This document shows positions 12,235-23,292 of a stretch of 64,000 nucleotides of DNA, one piece after another. This stretch comes from Harriotta raleighana (lineage: Eukaryota), in NCBI GenBank assembly GCA_050575255.1, contig JBNZDD010013719.1, positions 9,010,866 to 9,074,865 of the forward strand, written 5' to 3'. The notes below the pieces were generated by a model. That model saw nothing but the letters and a program-made list of their open reading frames with translations. It was not told the origin of the DNA and did not search any database. Position numbers and translations under genes: made by a program. The stretch's first letter is position 1; the number at the start of each line of letters is the position of its first letter.

Positions 12235-12288
12235 CGTTTTCTTGCAGATGTGAGTGCACAGAATTTAGCAGAAGATGATGTTGAATAA
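12235..12288 (+). CDS. TOMM20L: TOMM20L terminal coding exon
   Basis: Starts after cttcag| and encodes RFLADVSAQNLAEDDVE* (TAA 12286-12288). The total CDS is 456 bp, or 151 aa. Confidence 0.92.
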   Translation, partial: RFLADVSAQNLAEDDVE

Positions 12289-12613
12289 AACAAGAGTACT
12301 ACACTGATTTCAGCTCCAACGTTTATTCCACCATCATTATAAACTCTGATCTCAAACGATTACAGGAGACTTAGCTTTACAAATGAATGCAAAGTACATG
12401 GTCCGTTTATTTACTTTCAAAATAAACCGCATTTGGTCAACTGGAGATAACAAATTCCTGTTTTCTTGTACCTTTACTTGATGGTAAGAATTTATTAATT
12501 GTATCTTAGTCAGCACCAAGCACTGTAGGCATAAAAAAACGTCATGGCTATTCTTCCACCACTGTGAATGTTGTTTTGCATTGGTTTGTGCCTTCTCTCC
12601 AAAATGGTCCATT

Positions 12614-12751
12614 TTATATTCGAGGTTGGCTAATAAGTCCTGCTTTAGCCGCTAAAGCTTCATTTTGTTGAATGTGATATTCTTGAAAACGCATCGATAT
12701 TCTTTGTGTCATCTTCAAATATTTCTGTAGACAGTGTTCTGTACAAGTTAT
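12614..12751 (-). CDS. TIMM9: TIMM9 terminal coding exon (second CX3C motif)
   Basis: On the minus strand it starts after ttatag| and encodes [45 protein letters not shown]. Confidence 0.96.
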   Translation of the reverse strand: MTCTEHCLQKYLKMTQRISMRFQEYHIQQNEALAAKAGLISQPRI

Positions 12752-13730
12752 CTATAACAAAAACAATGTGAAATCAAAGTTAATGCACTGAAATACAGGC
12801 ATTTCTAGGCCTCAATTTTGTTCTATTCCCTCCCCCAAACAAGTTTCTAAAAAGGAAATCACTTTAACTTTGATTTGAATTATATACTTAATTGGTAACT
12901 GAAGAATTCACGATTCCACTTCCTCCCAATCAACATTTTCTTGCTCATTTATGTTGAAAATGGTATTTCTGTATCAGGCTCCAAGAAATCACTTCCATCA
13001 CTTCTGAGCCTTACATTTATACAGGAGATCTGAAATCATTACTTAAAGATTTCCCCATCAGGAAACTTAGCAAATATACTGATTTTACTAAAATGTTTGT
13101 CAGGTTGGAATGAGTCTAGTTTTTGTGCGCCTGGATGTTCTGGAAGCGTGAATGTGCTGCTGTTGATCTTTACATCTTTAGGACTTCACCAGAAACCATT
13201 GACTTTTTTTTAGAAACTTATACAATAAACAAAAAAAGTCCCCATACCACTGCAGGTGATGAAACTATTGGGTGGGGGGGAAGAGAGAGAAAAAAAATCA
13301 GATGAATCGATTCTTGGGTACTTAACTGCATTGGTGCAGTATTATAATAGGCCTGCTTATAGCACGATTGGGGTCCGCAGACTCCCAGTTACCTACCAAA
13401 ATAATCCAAAATGTGTTTCAAAATGTGTTTCAAAATGCTGATTGGTTTGCTAAAAAAAAAAATCACTTCTGGGTCATCAGGTTGCTGCTGACATTTTGGT
13501 TATAAATTGATCAGAATTTTATGAACCTGGTTATGATTGAGCTTAATTATTTATTTTTGTATAAATCAATTTGTGTTGAGTCCAATCAAGTCCTTTGCTA
13601 ACTACTGTATATTATATTCTCGTCCCCAGATTTTAAAGATGCTCCAATCTTTAACAAAAGTTATGAGATAAGGGAATGTGTATTTCAAATGTAAGGAAGA
13701 AAAAATAATTGTATTAAAGTATATACAAAC

Positions 13731-13826
13731 CTCTTCTGCTTTCACATCCCTATTTGTGAAGTCCTTTACACAATCCATAAAGCAATGTTCTGTTAGTTTG
13801 TTATACGTGCCCAAAAATTCTTTGAA
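13731..13826 (-). CDS. TIMM9: TIMM9 coding exon 2 (96 bp, first CX3C motif)
   Basis: Bounded by ttatag| and |gtttgt on the minus strand. It encodes [32 protein letters not shown]. Confidence 0.96.
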
Positions 13827-13904
13827 CTATAAATGTGGAAAGGGGGGAAAAGTCATTGTAAACCATGAATGCTTCTGCAGTATGTTTTGACATTCACAGC
13901 ACAG

Positions 13905-14330
13905 AAAACCATTTGGCTCATTGTATCTTTATTGGCTGTTTTCAGGTCCCCTCCTCAGCTGCCCATTCCCCATACTGTTGTTTACTTTTTTTAAAAAGTA
14001 TTTGTTTTGCTCCCTTTTGAAAGATAATATGGATTCTGCCTCAACCATCGTTCCGGGCAGGAAATTCCATATGTTAACTACACTGTGTGACAAACAATTC
14101 CTCTTCCTCGTTTGCAAACTATCTTAAATTGATGTCCTCTAGTCACTACTTACTGACTGGTGAAAAAAAAATTCCCTATTGATTATCAAAACCCATCATA
14201 AGTTAAAGACCTCTAACAGATCACCCCTCAACTTTCTTTGTTTCAACTGAAGATGTCTCAGTTTCTTCAGTCAACTCAGGCCAAACCACTCACCCCTGTA
14301 TCAAACTCATAAATCTGCATCTGTTCTATC
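13905..14330 (-). mobile_element. CR1 LINE ORF2 C-terminus and 3'UTR fragment in a TIMM9 intron
   Basis: Translates to RKRNCLSHSVVNIWNFLPGTMVEAESILSFKREQNKY, resembling the CR1 ORF2 ending FSQRVVxxWNxLPxxVVEAxSxxxFKxxLD. Confidence 0.85.
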
Positions 14331-14502
14331 GCCTGGACAATAATCCTTGCATTTGAAATAGCACCTTACCACGACTAATTGTTTTACACAATATACAGCG
14401 AAGTGATATCTTAACTAAAGTGGGGTGACCAAAACTCTTTGTAAGTAAATGCTTATCTAGGCAAATGTACTAGTTTCAATGAGACTACAATCTTAAAATT
14501 AC

Positions 14503-14541
14503 CTGTTTTATCTGGTCTGTTTCTGATATCTGTGCAGCCAT
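14503..14541 (-). CDS. TIMM9: TIMM9 coding exon 1 (39 bp coding)
   Basis: Encodes MAAQISETDQIKQ followed by |gtaatt; the human sequence is MAAQIPESDQIKQ. An upstream acceptor ttgacag at 14587-14588 implies non-coding 5' exon(s). Confidence 0.94.
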
Positions 14542-15299
14542 TGCTAACTGCTGTAATTGTTCAGGAATCTGGAAAGCTCAGACTACCTGTCAATAAAAAC
14601 AAAATAGTAAACCATGTGAAAACCACAAAGCATTCCAAAGCAAGTTGCAATTTATCTAGTAAGCCATTGTAATTCAATTCCATCTCCCAGTGGCTGCATT
14701 TTCCTCAATTCAGGATGCAGTTTAACTTCTCTAATATTGCTCATATCCACATGCATTTTTGGAGTAAGATTCTCCAAAAGAATGCGAAAGAAACAAAACT
14801 TAGTTAAAAATCAAGAAAATCCATTTAGGCCTTTTCTTTTCTGCCATGTTGATACAATACACAATCCATCATTTCCAATGTGTAGTGGGATACATGGAAT
14901 TCTTCGTTTGCTTCGGATACTCACAAACATGCTGATGGGTGTCAGATACTTGGCTGACCAAAATAAAAGCAAATGCAAAACCAGATCAAGTTATAGCTTG
15001 ACTAATGCAGTGGAAGCATAGGGGGTGCTGTGGGCAGAAATGGCTTTGCTAGCTATGAAATCAAGGTTCAAGTGGTTTGTGAACATCAATTGAGTTCAGA
15101 TATCGGTTGTCCCTCTAATTCCTCCTAGAAAACTTGAGTTCCAACTAGTCCCTCGGATCGAGGGAAGTGGAAAGATATGCGTGAAATACGTTGTAAGTCC
15201 TGCACCTTGACCTCCTTTAACAATTTTTAAGGTCAACCCTAGTCTGCTTCCCAACAGGATCCCACTACCACTGAACACGGGAGGTTACAATAAGAAGAC

Positions 15300-17350
15300 A
15301 AGGCAGGGTTTTTGCAAAGTTGCGGCCAGCCAGCATAGCAATTCAGTTGCAGCAGAAGGGCGGCCACAGGGCAGGTGCACGTGCAAACATGGGGGTGGGG
15401 GGGGGGGAGACACGGGAGGCGGCAGCGACAGCCACCACCCATCCAGCGCCCAGGTCCTCCTACACTCTGGCCCCGCATCAAATCCCTGGCACCAGGGCGG
15501 AGGCGGCGGCTCCGTCGATGTCATGAGGCCTTCGAAACGCAGCCGGTATAAAAACGCACTCGTCCGGGACAGAAACACCGACACCTCCTCACCAGCACCA
15601 CACGCCGCCACAGTCAGTTAGCATCAACTCTGCCTCGCATATTCGCCACTCACTCACTGCCTGCAATCCGATGTCAAATAAACTACAAAGCGCCCTTTTC
15701 CGTTTTAGATTAATTTATATAAATATATGTTTATAAAACCTATTCACTTTAATTAAATTTCTGTTTTTTTTGAAAAAAAATTGCCAAGAATTTTTTATGG
15801 GCTGTGGGAAGATGGCTGATGTGTCGAAAGTGCTGAGCGGGAAATGATTGGGTGTTTTGGTCCGGTGCTGAGCAGCGGTAGCGACGGCGACGCCGTCGGT
15901 TGAAAAAAATTAAAGAGGAGAAACCGGCGGCTCGTGGCCCGACTCTAACCCCGATCCGGTACCCTCACAGGTACCTGCACAGCCCCGGCCTCTGAGAAAA
16001 CCCCAGGGCCCGGCTCCCGCCCTTTCACTTCAGTGTAAGTATTGATTCCACAAGCTTTAGTTTGAAATAAACGGTCACTTTTCTCCCCCACCCCCCTGGC
16101 AGAGACAGTGTCTGCTCCTCTCCCCTCCCCCTGGCAGAGACAGTGTCTCCCCTCGTCTATCTCTATCTCTCCTACCAAAAGAAACGCCTTTGCCTGACAC
16201 TGAGGCACTGGGAGTCGCATCTCTTTTCTCTTCACTGACAGACACAGGGTAAAAATCAGCTGTTTTTGAGTGTCCAGACTGTTTATTGTGCCCTTGACAG
16301 TTTAAATCTCTCTCCCACCCCTTCTCTCACCTGGGAGATTTATTTTAATTTTTAAAAAAAAAGTTGTTTTACTACCACTGATAGATGTTTAGGTGTGTAT
16401 ATTGCCGAGTTTCTGCGTCGTGAGAAGCGGGAATAAGTTAAGAGAAACGGCGGGGTCGCAGCCTGTGGAAATTTGTGAATGAAACTTAATGCAGAGAGTT
16501 GTGCGCGCAGCGTGACGTGGGCGTGTTCGGATACTACAACTTGCTGCACTGAGATAAACTATCAAACTATGCACATATAATAACGCGACGGGCGGCTTCA
16601 CACGTCTCCGGCCCGGTTTGAAGTAAAAGTGGACACTGTTATGCAGGCAAAGATAGCAACTCGTTTGCTTCAGCGACTTCTCACAGACCCCCGTGAAACA
16701 ACTGATCGGAGTTTTCTGGATGAGAGTTTGTGTGAGAGAAATCGTGAGTGTTTTTTTCTCTCTTGAAGCTTTCGAAAGTGAACAATGTCGTTGAGTATGA
16801 ACCCCGAAAATATGTGGACACACGGGATTGATGAATAGAATGTTGTGAGTGAATTGACAGAAAATGAGCTGAGTGCGAATATTATACATGTGAACGCCTG
16901 AGTTAGTAGCGAACAGAATGAGCGTGAATGTCCTGTGGTCTTAAATGCGTGTGAGCAAAACCAACAGGGCAGTGAAATGATTGTTACTAAAGAGAGCAGT
17001 TTTGCAACTGGAATTTCGAATTGCATGTTTTCTCTCTCACAGAAGAAATATAACATCGCAGATAACAATGGAGTTCGAATCGAATGAGATTGAAGAAGTT
17101 ATCGCCTGCAGTGGTGGCTGTAGGAACAATGTTCGAATTTCAGTGAAAAAGTTAAAAGAAGTGATTTCTCCGTATTGTGCAGAGTCCATTTATATCCCAC
17201 CAGCTCTGCCTGCAAATCAACCTTCTTTTGACAAGTGGACGTCCAACGTCGCAGTGTCAGTTGGAACAACGTCGCAAGGTTTGTTTAGGTCTTCGCCGAT
17301 CGTTGAATTATTAACGGGACAGTCACGATTTGAGAAAATGCAATCTGATC
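15300..17350. promoter_or_regulatory. CpG-island divergent promoter region shared by TIMM9 (-) and KIAA0586 (+)
   Basis: CpG density is high between the divergent genes. Motifs: NRF1-like TGCGCGCA at 16502-16509, CRE half-site TGACGT at 16513-16518, ACTACA at 15682 and 16533, YY1-like AAGATGGCTG at 15809-15818. Confidence 0.75.
17068..17278 (+). CDS. KIAA0586: KIAA0586/TALPID3 coding exon 1 (acceptor at 17041-17042, ATG in Kozak context acaATGg)
   Basis: Encodes MEFESNEIEE...ISVKKLKEVISP...IPPALPANQP...GTTSQ(G) followed by |gtttgt. This resembles human MPVKRLREVVSQ...VPPALSANKR...GTSRG. The start codon is inferred. Confidence 0.8.
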
Positions 17351-18126
17351 GTGAAATTCTTAAATTCCATTAAGCAAAGTGTGCAAAGATATCTTTGCAA
17401 GTAGCTGAGTCATCATTCGTCAGTATTAATGTTTGACTTCCCCATGTTTGGAGTACAATATTGTCCAGAACTGTACAATAAATTAAAATGTGCTGTTAAT
17501 ATATTGAACATTGTATTACTATACAGTTGCTGTACAATACTGGCAACCCTATTAAATCTAGGGAGCCTTCTCTCTGCCTGTGCACTAAAAATATTTACGA
17601 ATGAACTTAAAAATCATAAAAGTGAGGGTCCTCTGATTGTTCAGTTGGAAAAGCTTATTACTGCCAGTGAAATTGAACTTGTACAGACCTAGATTGTTTA
17701 GTTTGACCTCACTGATCTGAATCTTGATGACAATTTTGGCACTTCAAGTTAAAGAGTTTTTTTTAAAAAAAAGGTTTCACACTTCTTTTTGCTATCCGTT
17801 AACTCTACAGGAAATTGCTTGTGTTGTGAAGTTTAATGCAAATTGTATTGACCTTAGCTGTGACATTGCACTCCCTTTTGAGAATGATCACTTGGACAAG
17901 TAAGTGGAGGGTAACCAACACTCAATCATATTCAAACATAAGTCAATGCATTCACAAAAAGAGTGAGGAAACAAGTGTGATCATGCACTTCTGAGACTCT
18001 TTGTAGAGTGTACAGATGACATAAAATAACTTGTTTGCCCGATCAAATTTAACTTCTCAAAGTCTGATGACCGAAAGAAGAATGTATTTGGATTTAATTC
18101 ATATACACATATTTTTATAATTTCAG

Positions 18127-18206
18127 GAAATGTAAATAGTTTCTTTGGAACGAAAGTAACTGGACACGATGAAACTGACGGAAAAAATTGCAAAGTACAA
18201 CAACGA
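18127..18206 (+). CDS. KIAA0586: KIAA0586 coding exon 2 (80 bp, poorly conserved)
   Basis: Bounded by tttcag| and |gtaagg with an open frame GNVNSFFGTKVTGHDETDGKNCKVQQR. Phase 1-0 fits. Support comes mainly from splice sites and phase. Confidence 0.65.
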
Positions 18207-18354
18207 GTAAGGAAGTCTTCTGTAACATTTAAACTTATCGTAACAGAGATGGAGATTGCTAACTTAATAGAGACAGAAGCATAAAAAATAATTCTTCTGT
18301 AGACATGGTGGCACCTTGAGTTCTCACTCTGTTGTCTCTACCAGCTGGAGTTCA

Positions 18355-18730
18355 GAGTGTCAGTCAGACTCAGTGGTACCTTTCTCATCTCCAGGTTTGA
18401 AGGCTGTGGATTCAAGCCCATATCAGAATTTAGTCTGTGCTGATTCACCATGGGATGCACTGCATTGTCCTTCGCATGAGTTGTTAAACTGAGATCTTGT
18501 CTGCCTGTTCGGGTGGATGTTAAAGATCCCATGACACTATTTAAAAAGAGAAGGGAATTTCTTCTGGTGTCCTGCAATCCCCGCACCCCCAGTCACTTCA
18601 TGACTGCTTGTGAGACATTGCTGTGTGCTACAAAAGACAGCCATTCCACTTTACAGTATACCTAGTGAAGCAATTTGAGATGTTGCCCTGAAGTAAAAGG
18701 CTCTATACTAAATGTAAGAATTTATTAATA
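18355..18730 (+). mobile_element. Near full-length DeuSINE (SacSINE1/AmnSINE1-like central Deu domain)
   Basis: A tRNA-like head is followed by gcatgagttgttaaactgag...gtctgcctgttcgggtggatgttaaagatcccatgacactattt...ggtgtcctg (Deu domain) and an L2-like tail. Confidence 0.75.
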
Positions 18731-19149
18731 TTTCAATGCAGCCCAAATTGGTGGGATGAAAGGCTCCTCACTCACTTATTGGAGTGTAGAGTGGCAGTCT
18801 CACCTAGACAAGTCATGAAAGCAGTTTGTGTGAGAAGTAGATTTTCTTTGTTACCTGTTTGCTTGAAGGAAGTTTGATTAGAAACGCTTAATAACCCTTG
18901 TATTTGATTTAATCTCATTGAAATACATCAAGGAGCTTCACAAAGGTTTCTTTAAAGTGCAGTGATTATGTATTTATAGATAAAGTATTTGCACATAGCA
19001 GTGTCTCATAAACAACCAAGAAGTGATCGACTCTTGTATTTGTGGTCTTGTTGGCAAATTGCATTTGTAATTTTGCCTTCACTTTGCCTGCTTTCTCACC
19101 CGAACCAAACTTTGCTCCTGGATTACCCCAGGCCTTACCGGACTTCACT

Positions 19150-19545
19150 GCCTCCCTATCTCAGAGCAGATCAATTTCAAGATCCTTAGTCTTGTTTTCA
19201 AATCCCTCACTCCTCTGCATCCCCCTATCTCTCTGACCTCCTTATGACAGATCCTGCTGCCTTCACTCATCTGGGTCTGGCCTTCTTGTCCCCCGAAACC
19301 TCCATTCCACTGTCGGTGGCCGTGCCTTCAGCCACTACGCCCCGAGGCTCTCGAACTCTCTTCCTCAATCCCTTCACTTCGCCCCCATTCCTTTCCTATT
19401 TTCAGGTCGCGCCTAAAGTCTTTTCTTTTCGACGGTGCTTTTGGTCACCTTTTTCCCCCTCCCCCTGGCTTGGCCCCAGGATCCGTTATTGTGAAGCACT
19501 CTGAGACGCTGTCTGGCGTGGAGGACACTATAAAAATCCAAGTTG
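19150..19545 (+). mobile_element. L2 LINE 3' end (ORF2 C-terminus and tail)
   Basis: A degenerate translation reads LPISEQINFKIL..LVFKSL..PYLSDLL..GGRAFSHYAPRL.NSLP..FRSRLKSFLF. Confidence 0.85.
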
Positions 19546-19967
19546 TATAGCATCTTTCACGTCGGGAAGACGTCATGTGAGCACAAGCTTCTCTGGAAGG
19601 TAATTCTATTCTCTTTCTTTCGAAGTAATTTGGATTACTTTGTCAATATTTTGTTAATAAGTATGGTTATTGAGCTTTCTTTCCTTGTTTCCCCCAAACT
19701 CCAATTATGCCTTCCTGCATGTTCAGTTTTGTCTTGTAACTTGACTGTACTGAAATTGAGAATCACTTTACCATGACCAACTCAAGCAAATTCTTTCTCA
19801 GTAATTCAGCAATAAGACTGGAACTCCCCTACTTTCCTCCAGCCCATCCGGCTTTTAAAATCCAACTGTGGGGTGAATTCAACATATTTGCTTGACTTAT
19901 CTTGCTTCTCTGCTACTTGTTTCAACTGTAGTGTTGATCCGTGCAATGAGCCATGAACCTTATAACA

Positions 19968-20272
19968 TTAATAATAATAATAATCTTTGCATTTGGTATA
20001 GAGTTTTTTATGTCTAGACGTCTCAAAGCATTTCACTTCACTTCACCGAATATACCGTAAAGTGAATTGATTGAACACGGCAACCAATTATGCACAGCAT
20101 TGTTCCACAAACAGTCATGGATTGAAGTGACCAATTTATTATTGCTTTTTTTCTTCAAGGATTATTATTAAGGATGTGGACTAAGAAAACTCGCCTAAAA
20201 AGGTTTAACCCTGCTGGGAATCGAACCCAGGTTTCTCTCTTGAGAGACGAGCGCTCTACCCACTGACTCCAT
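19968..20272 (-). mobile_element. tRNA-derived SINE with head (internally deleted)
   Basis: (AAT)n tail, SINE body, and head ggaatcgaacccagg...gagcgctctacccactga containing B and A boxes on the minus strand. Confidence 0.85.
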
Positions 20273-20879
20273 ATCTATCAACTATGATCTTAATTTAAAA
20301 ACAAGTCACAGTCAAAGTTTCAAAGCACATTTTTCATTGAGTGGGAGGGAGATGTGATCCACCCTACTTTGTTTACATCTACAGTACTGGTTGAATGAAT
20401 GAGTAAGGATGTTAGATTCGCTACAGTGTTCAGCTGTGCACAATATTCGCTACAGTGTTAGTGCCTTGGGACATCCTCCCAATGTGAAACTCGGTCTATA
20501 AATATAATGTTGTTGTTGATATGTATTATTTTCTGTTTGAAACAAGCTGAACTTTCAAAACCATCACCAAATATTCCCCTTGTTTCTCTGTGTAACATCT
20601 GCTTGGAATTTGAGAACTCTGTTTTTGAATTTTCTTTTTAATTTCATTGTGTTGCTCTAGCTTCAATTTGTTTCAACTAGCCAACAAAGTTAAGTTTCAT
20701 TGTGGAATGAGGCCTTTTTAAACTAGAGTGTGGAAAAGATTGGATTAAGATGGTCCCATATCTATTTCAATGCTGTCTCTCAGCTGCAAGCTGTATTGCA
20801 AGCTTGGTGATGAATTGCCCATAGCTTTATAAAGGCAGGGCGAAACCTTAGGCAATTTTCCTAACTCCACATGCCTGAT

Positions 20880-21060
20880 AATCCCTCCCCAAAAAATGTT
20901 TGTCACTGAATTTACGACCGTTTGTGAGACAGTGGTGTGTGCAATTGGATGCTGCATTTCACCCACAAATATACAGTCAATTCACTTTACAGACTATTCT
21001 GTGAAACACTTTGAGATGTCTAGAAGATGTGAAAAGCACTATATCAAGTATTATTATTAA
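20880..21060 (+). mobile_element. tRNA SINE 3' half
   Basis: gtgcaattggatgctgcatttcacccacaaatatacagtcaattcactttac...ttattatt. Confidence 0.8.
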
Positions 21061-21553
21061 AGCCTGATCAAATTAACCCGAATTACACTGGAGTATATTC
21101 CGGACAACACTTGAGGGAAATAGATTTGGCAACAGTGCAATTTACACCAATACATCATATACATAACAGGTGTGAATTTGGTGCTTCATAATTGTCAGAA
21201 AGTTCTTTATGTTAGTAAATAATTAACCCATTCTTTAATACCATCTCAAAACAACTGCTTGATTTCAGTGACTTACATCTGCAGACACCCATCATGTTGG
21301 CTGTCTACGTTTTACAGTTCCAATCAGATGTAGAATGAGAAGTATAAATTGGGCTTTCCACTCCATATCATTACACTACCAAACATTGAGCATCTTTCAA
21401 GGAATGACAATAATAATAATAACCACAATATTAATAATGCAATAGATGATGCAAGTGACATTTAAAGTTTAATTTTAGGAACTACTTTCCATTGTTTATA
21501 AACCCATCAGCCTTAAAATAATATTACAACCTACTCTTGTTTTTTTTAAAAAG

Positions 21554-21629
21554 ATTTCAAGTTCAAACCATGCCTGTGAGGCTACAAGGCTATATTCCCC
21601 AGAACCAGCAGAGGGCAGCAGACAAGAAG
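21554..21629 (+). CDS. KIAA0586: KIAA0586 coding exon 3 (76 bp, poorly conserved)
   Basis: A poly-T tract precedes aaag|, and the exon ends at |gtatga. It encodes ISSSNHACEATRLYSPEPAEGSRQE(G), and phase 0-1 bridges exons 2 and 4. Confidence 0.62.
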
Positions 21630-22575
21630 GTATGATGCATTCTGCTCCAAATTCATCCATTCATATGGTGCAGTGAGAGAGAAGTGCATAAATCTGTTTA
21701 ATACATTCACTCCTTTAGGACTCAGAACCCATTTACTATCCTTTCATCCTGGTTCTTAGTCTGTTTTGGGAGTGCAAAATCAAACAGGTTTCTTCTTAGT
21801 GTCTACTGTCATGTTGCTTTGTGATTTGGAAACTTGATTCAAAGGAAGCAAAGCTGATCATGAATTTTTTTTATATCAGAATGCTTCCTATCAAAACCTA
21901 AACTAGGTCCAAAGAATATTGTCTTAAATAAAGTGTAGTTGTGCTGTGCAGCTCTGAAACTTCTATATTTTTTGACTGTGAGCCACATACTCCGTCCTTG
22001 GAGAACTCTCACAAGTACAAATTGGTATTTTTAAAATCATTCTCCTGAATAGCCACAGGTTCTTGCTGTGCTGCTCTCAGCACCAAGGTACACTGATTTA
22101 GCTCCAATGTTCTGTATAGTTCCTGGAAATATTCTTTTATCAACCTTTTCGGATGCATGTTTAAGTCGCACTCCAAGGTATCAGTCCCAGGGCAAGTGTT
22201 GCCTTGTCTCTGCTGGATAACCTAACCGACTGGCAAATATATAGTGTTCACTTGGGTTGAGTGCGGTTGAAACTCTGGTCTAATGGATAAGATGCCCATG
22301 TACATGCTAATTTACACAATTTAAATAAACTTTCAGCAAAATGTTTTTTTAAAAATCAAACAAAATACAGTGTAGCATAATTACAGATCATTTTAATCTC
22401 CATTATGCTCACTGCTACAAGCATGATGTTCAATACATTTGGACATTTGATCCAGAAATCTACAATGTCAACATAAAATAAACCAAAATGTTCATTTGTA
22501 ACATGTTTCCCTTGTTTGTGTGATCCGCTTCCCCATAACTGCATTACAGCTTCATTGGATTCTTTTGTTTTTCAG

Positions 22576-22642
22576 GAAGTGACGTTTTGATTTCACAATA
22601 TGCTGTAGGCCAGAAAGAAGCAACAAAGGCAATCATAAAGCG
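22576..22642 (+). CDS. KIAA0586: KIAA0586 coding exon 4 (67 bp)
   Basis: Bounded by tttcag| and |gtaagc. It encodes SDVLISQYAVGQKEATKAIIKR; the human sequence is [22 protein letters not shown]. Confidence 0.9.
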
Positions 22643-22680
22643 GTAAGCTGCTGAGGGACAATTTCAGGAGTAGCATAATA

Positions 22681-22962
22681 CAATAAAAGTCCGTTTATCC
22701 AGCACCTGCGGGACCTGGCCAGTGCCGGTTAAATGGCTTACCAGTTAAATGGTCGGATCCGACGCTGCAAACCCAACACATTTTTTGGGAGAAAATTAAA
22801 AATTATTTTAACACATACCATATTAATAATAGACTATATTAATAGATAATAACAGAATATTGTATGGGTACTTTATTGTAAATGTTGATGGGGTCTTTTT
22901 TTGACGTGCCGATTAAACGGAAGTTTCCGTTCATCGAGTCACGGATAAATGGGCTTTTACTG
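22681..22962. mobile_element. Short Tc1/mariner (pogo/Tigger-like) MITE inserted in a SINE head
   Basis: TIRs ca(a/g)taaaagtccgtttatcc and ggataaatgggcttttactg, flanked by TA on both sides. Confidence 0.85.
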
Positions 22963-23292
22963 TATTTAGCATGTTCATCTTGCAAGCGAGAAGACCTGGG
23001 TTTGATTCCTGGATGGAGTGAAACTTGAGGCAAGTTTGCTTACTCCACACTCTTCTGTTTACTTAGAATTAAGTTGGAACCCAATTGGCGGATCATTTTC
23101 CAGGGATAAGAACTCCGACAAAAAAACAATCATTCAAACCACAATTGTTTGTGGGACCCTGCTGTGTGCAATTGGCTGCTGTATTTCACCCATAAAATTC
23201 ATTTTACAATATATTCTACGAAGCACTTTGAGTCGTCTCAACGACTTCATATAGCACAATATCAAATAATAATCAAGGATTATTATTACTAT
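22963..23292 (+). mobile_element. tRNA SINE (remainder after the MITE insertion)
   Basis: gcaagcgagaagacctgggtttgattcctgg (B box), then gaaacttgaggcaagtttgcttactccacac, then the tail. Confidence 0.85.

Noticed and set aside
16389-17068. 166-aa and 132-aa minus-strand ORFs and an ATG at 16641 in the promoter region
   Set aside because: They have no recognisable domains. Splicing 16743 to 17043 puts ATG 16641 out of frame with TALPID3, so it is at most a uORF.
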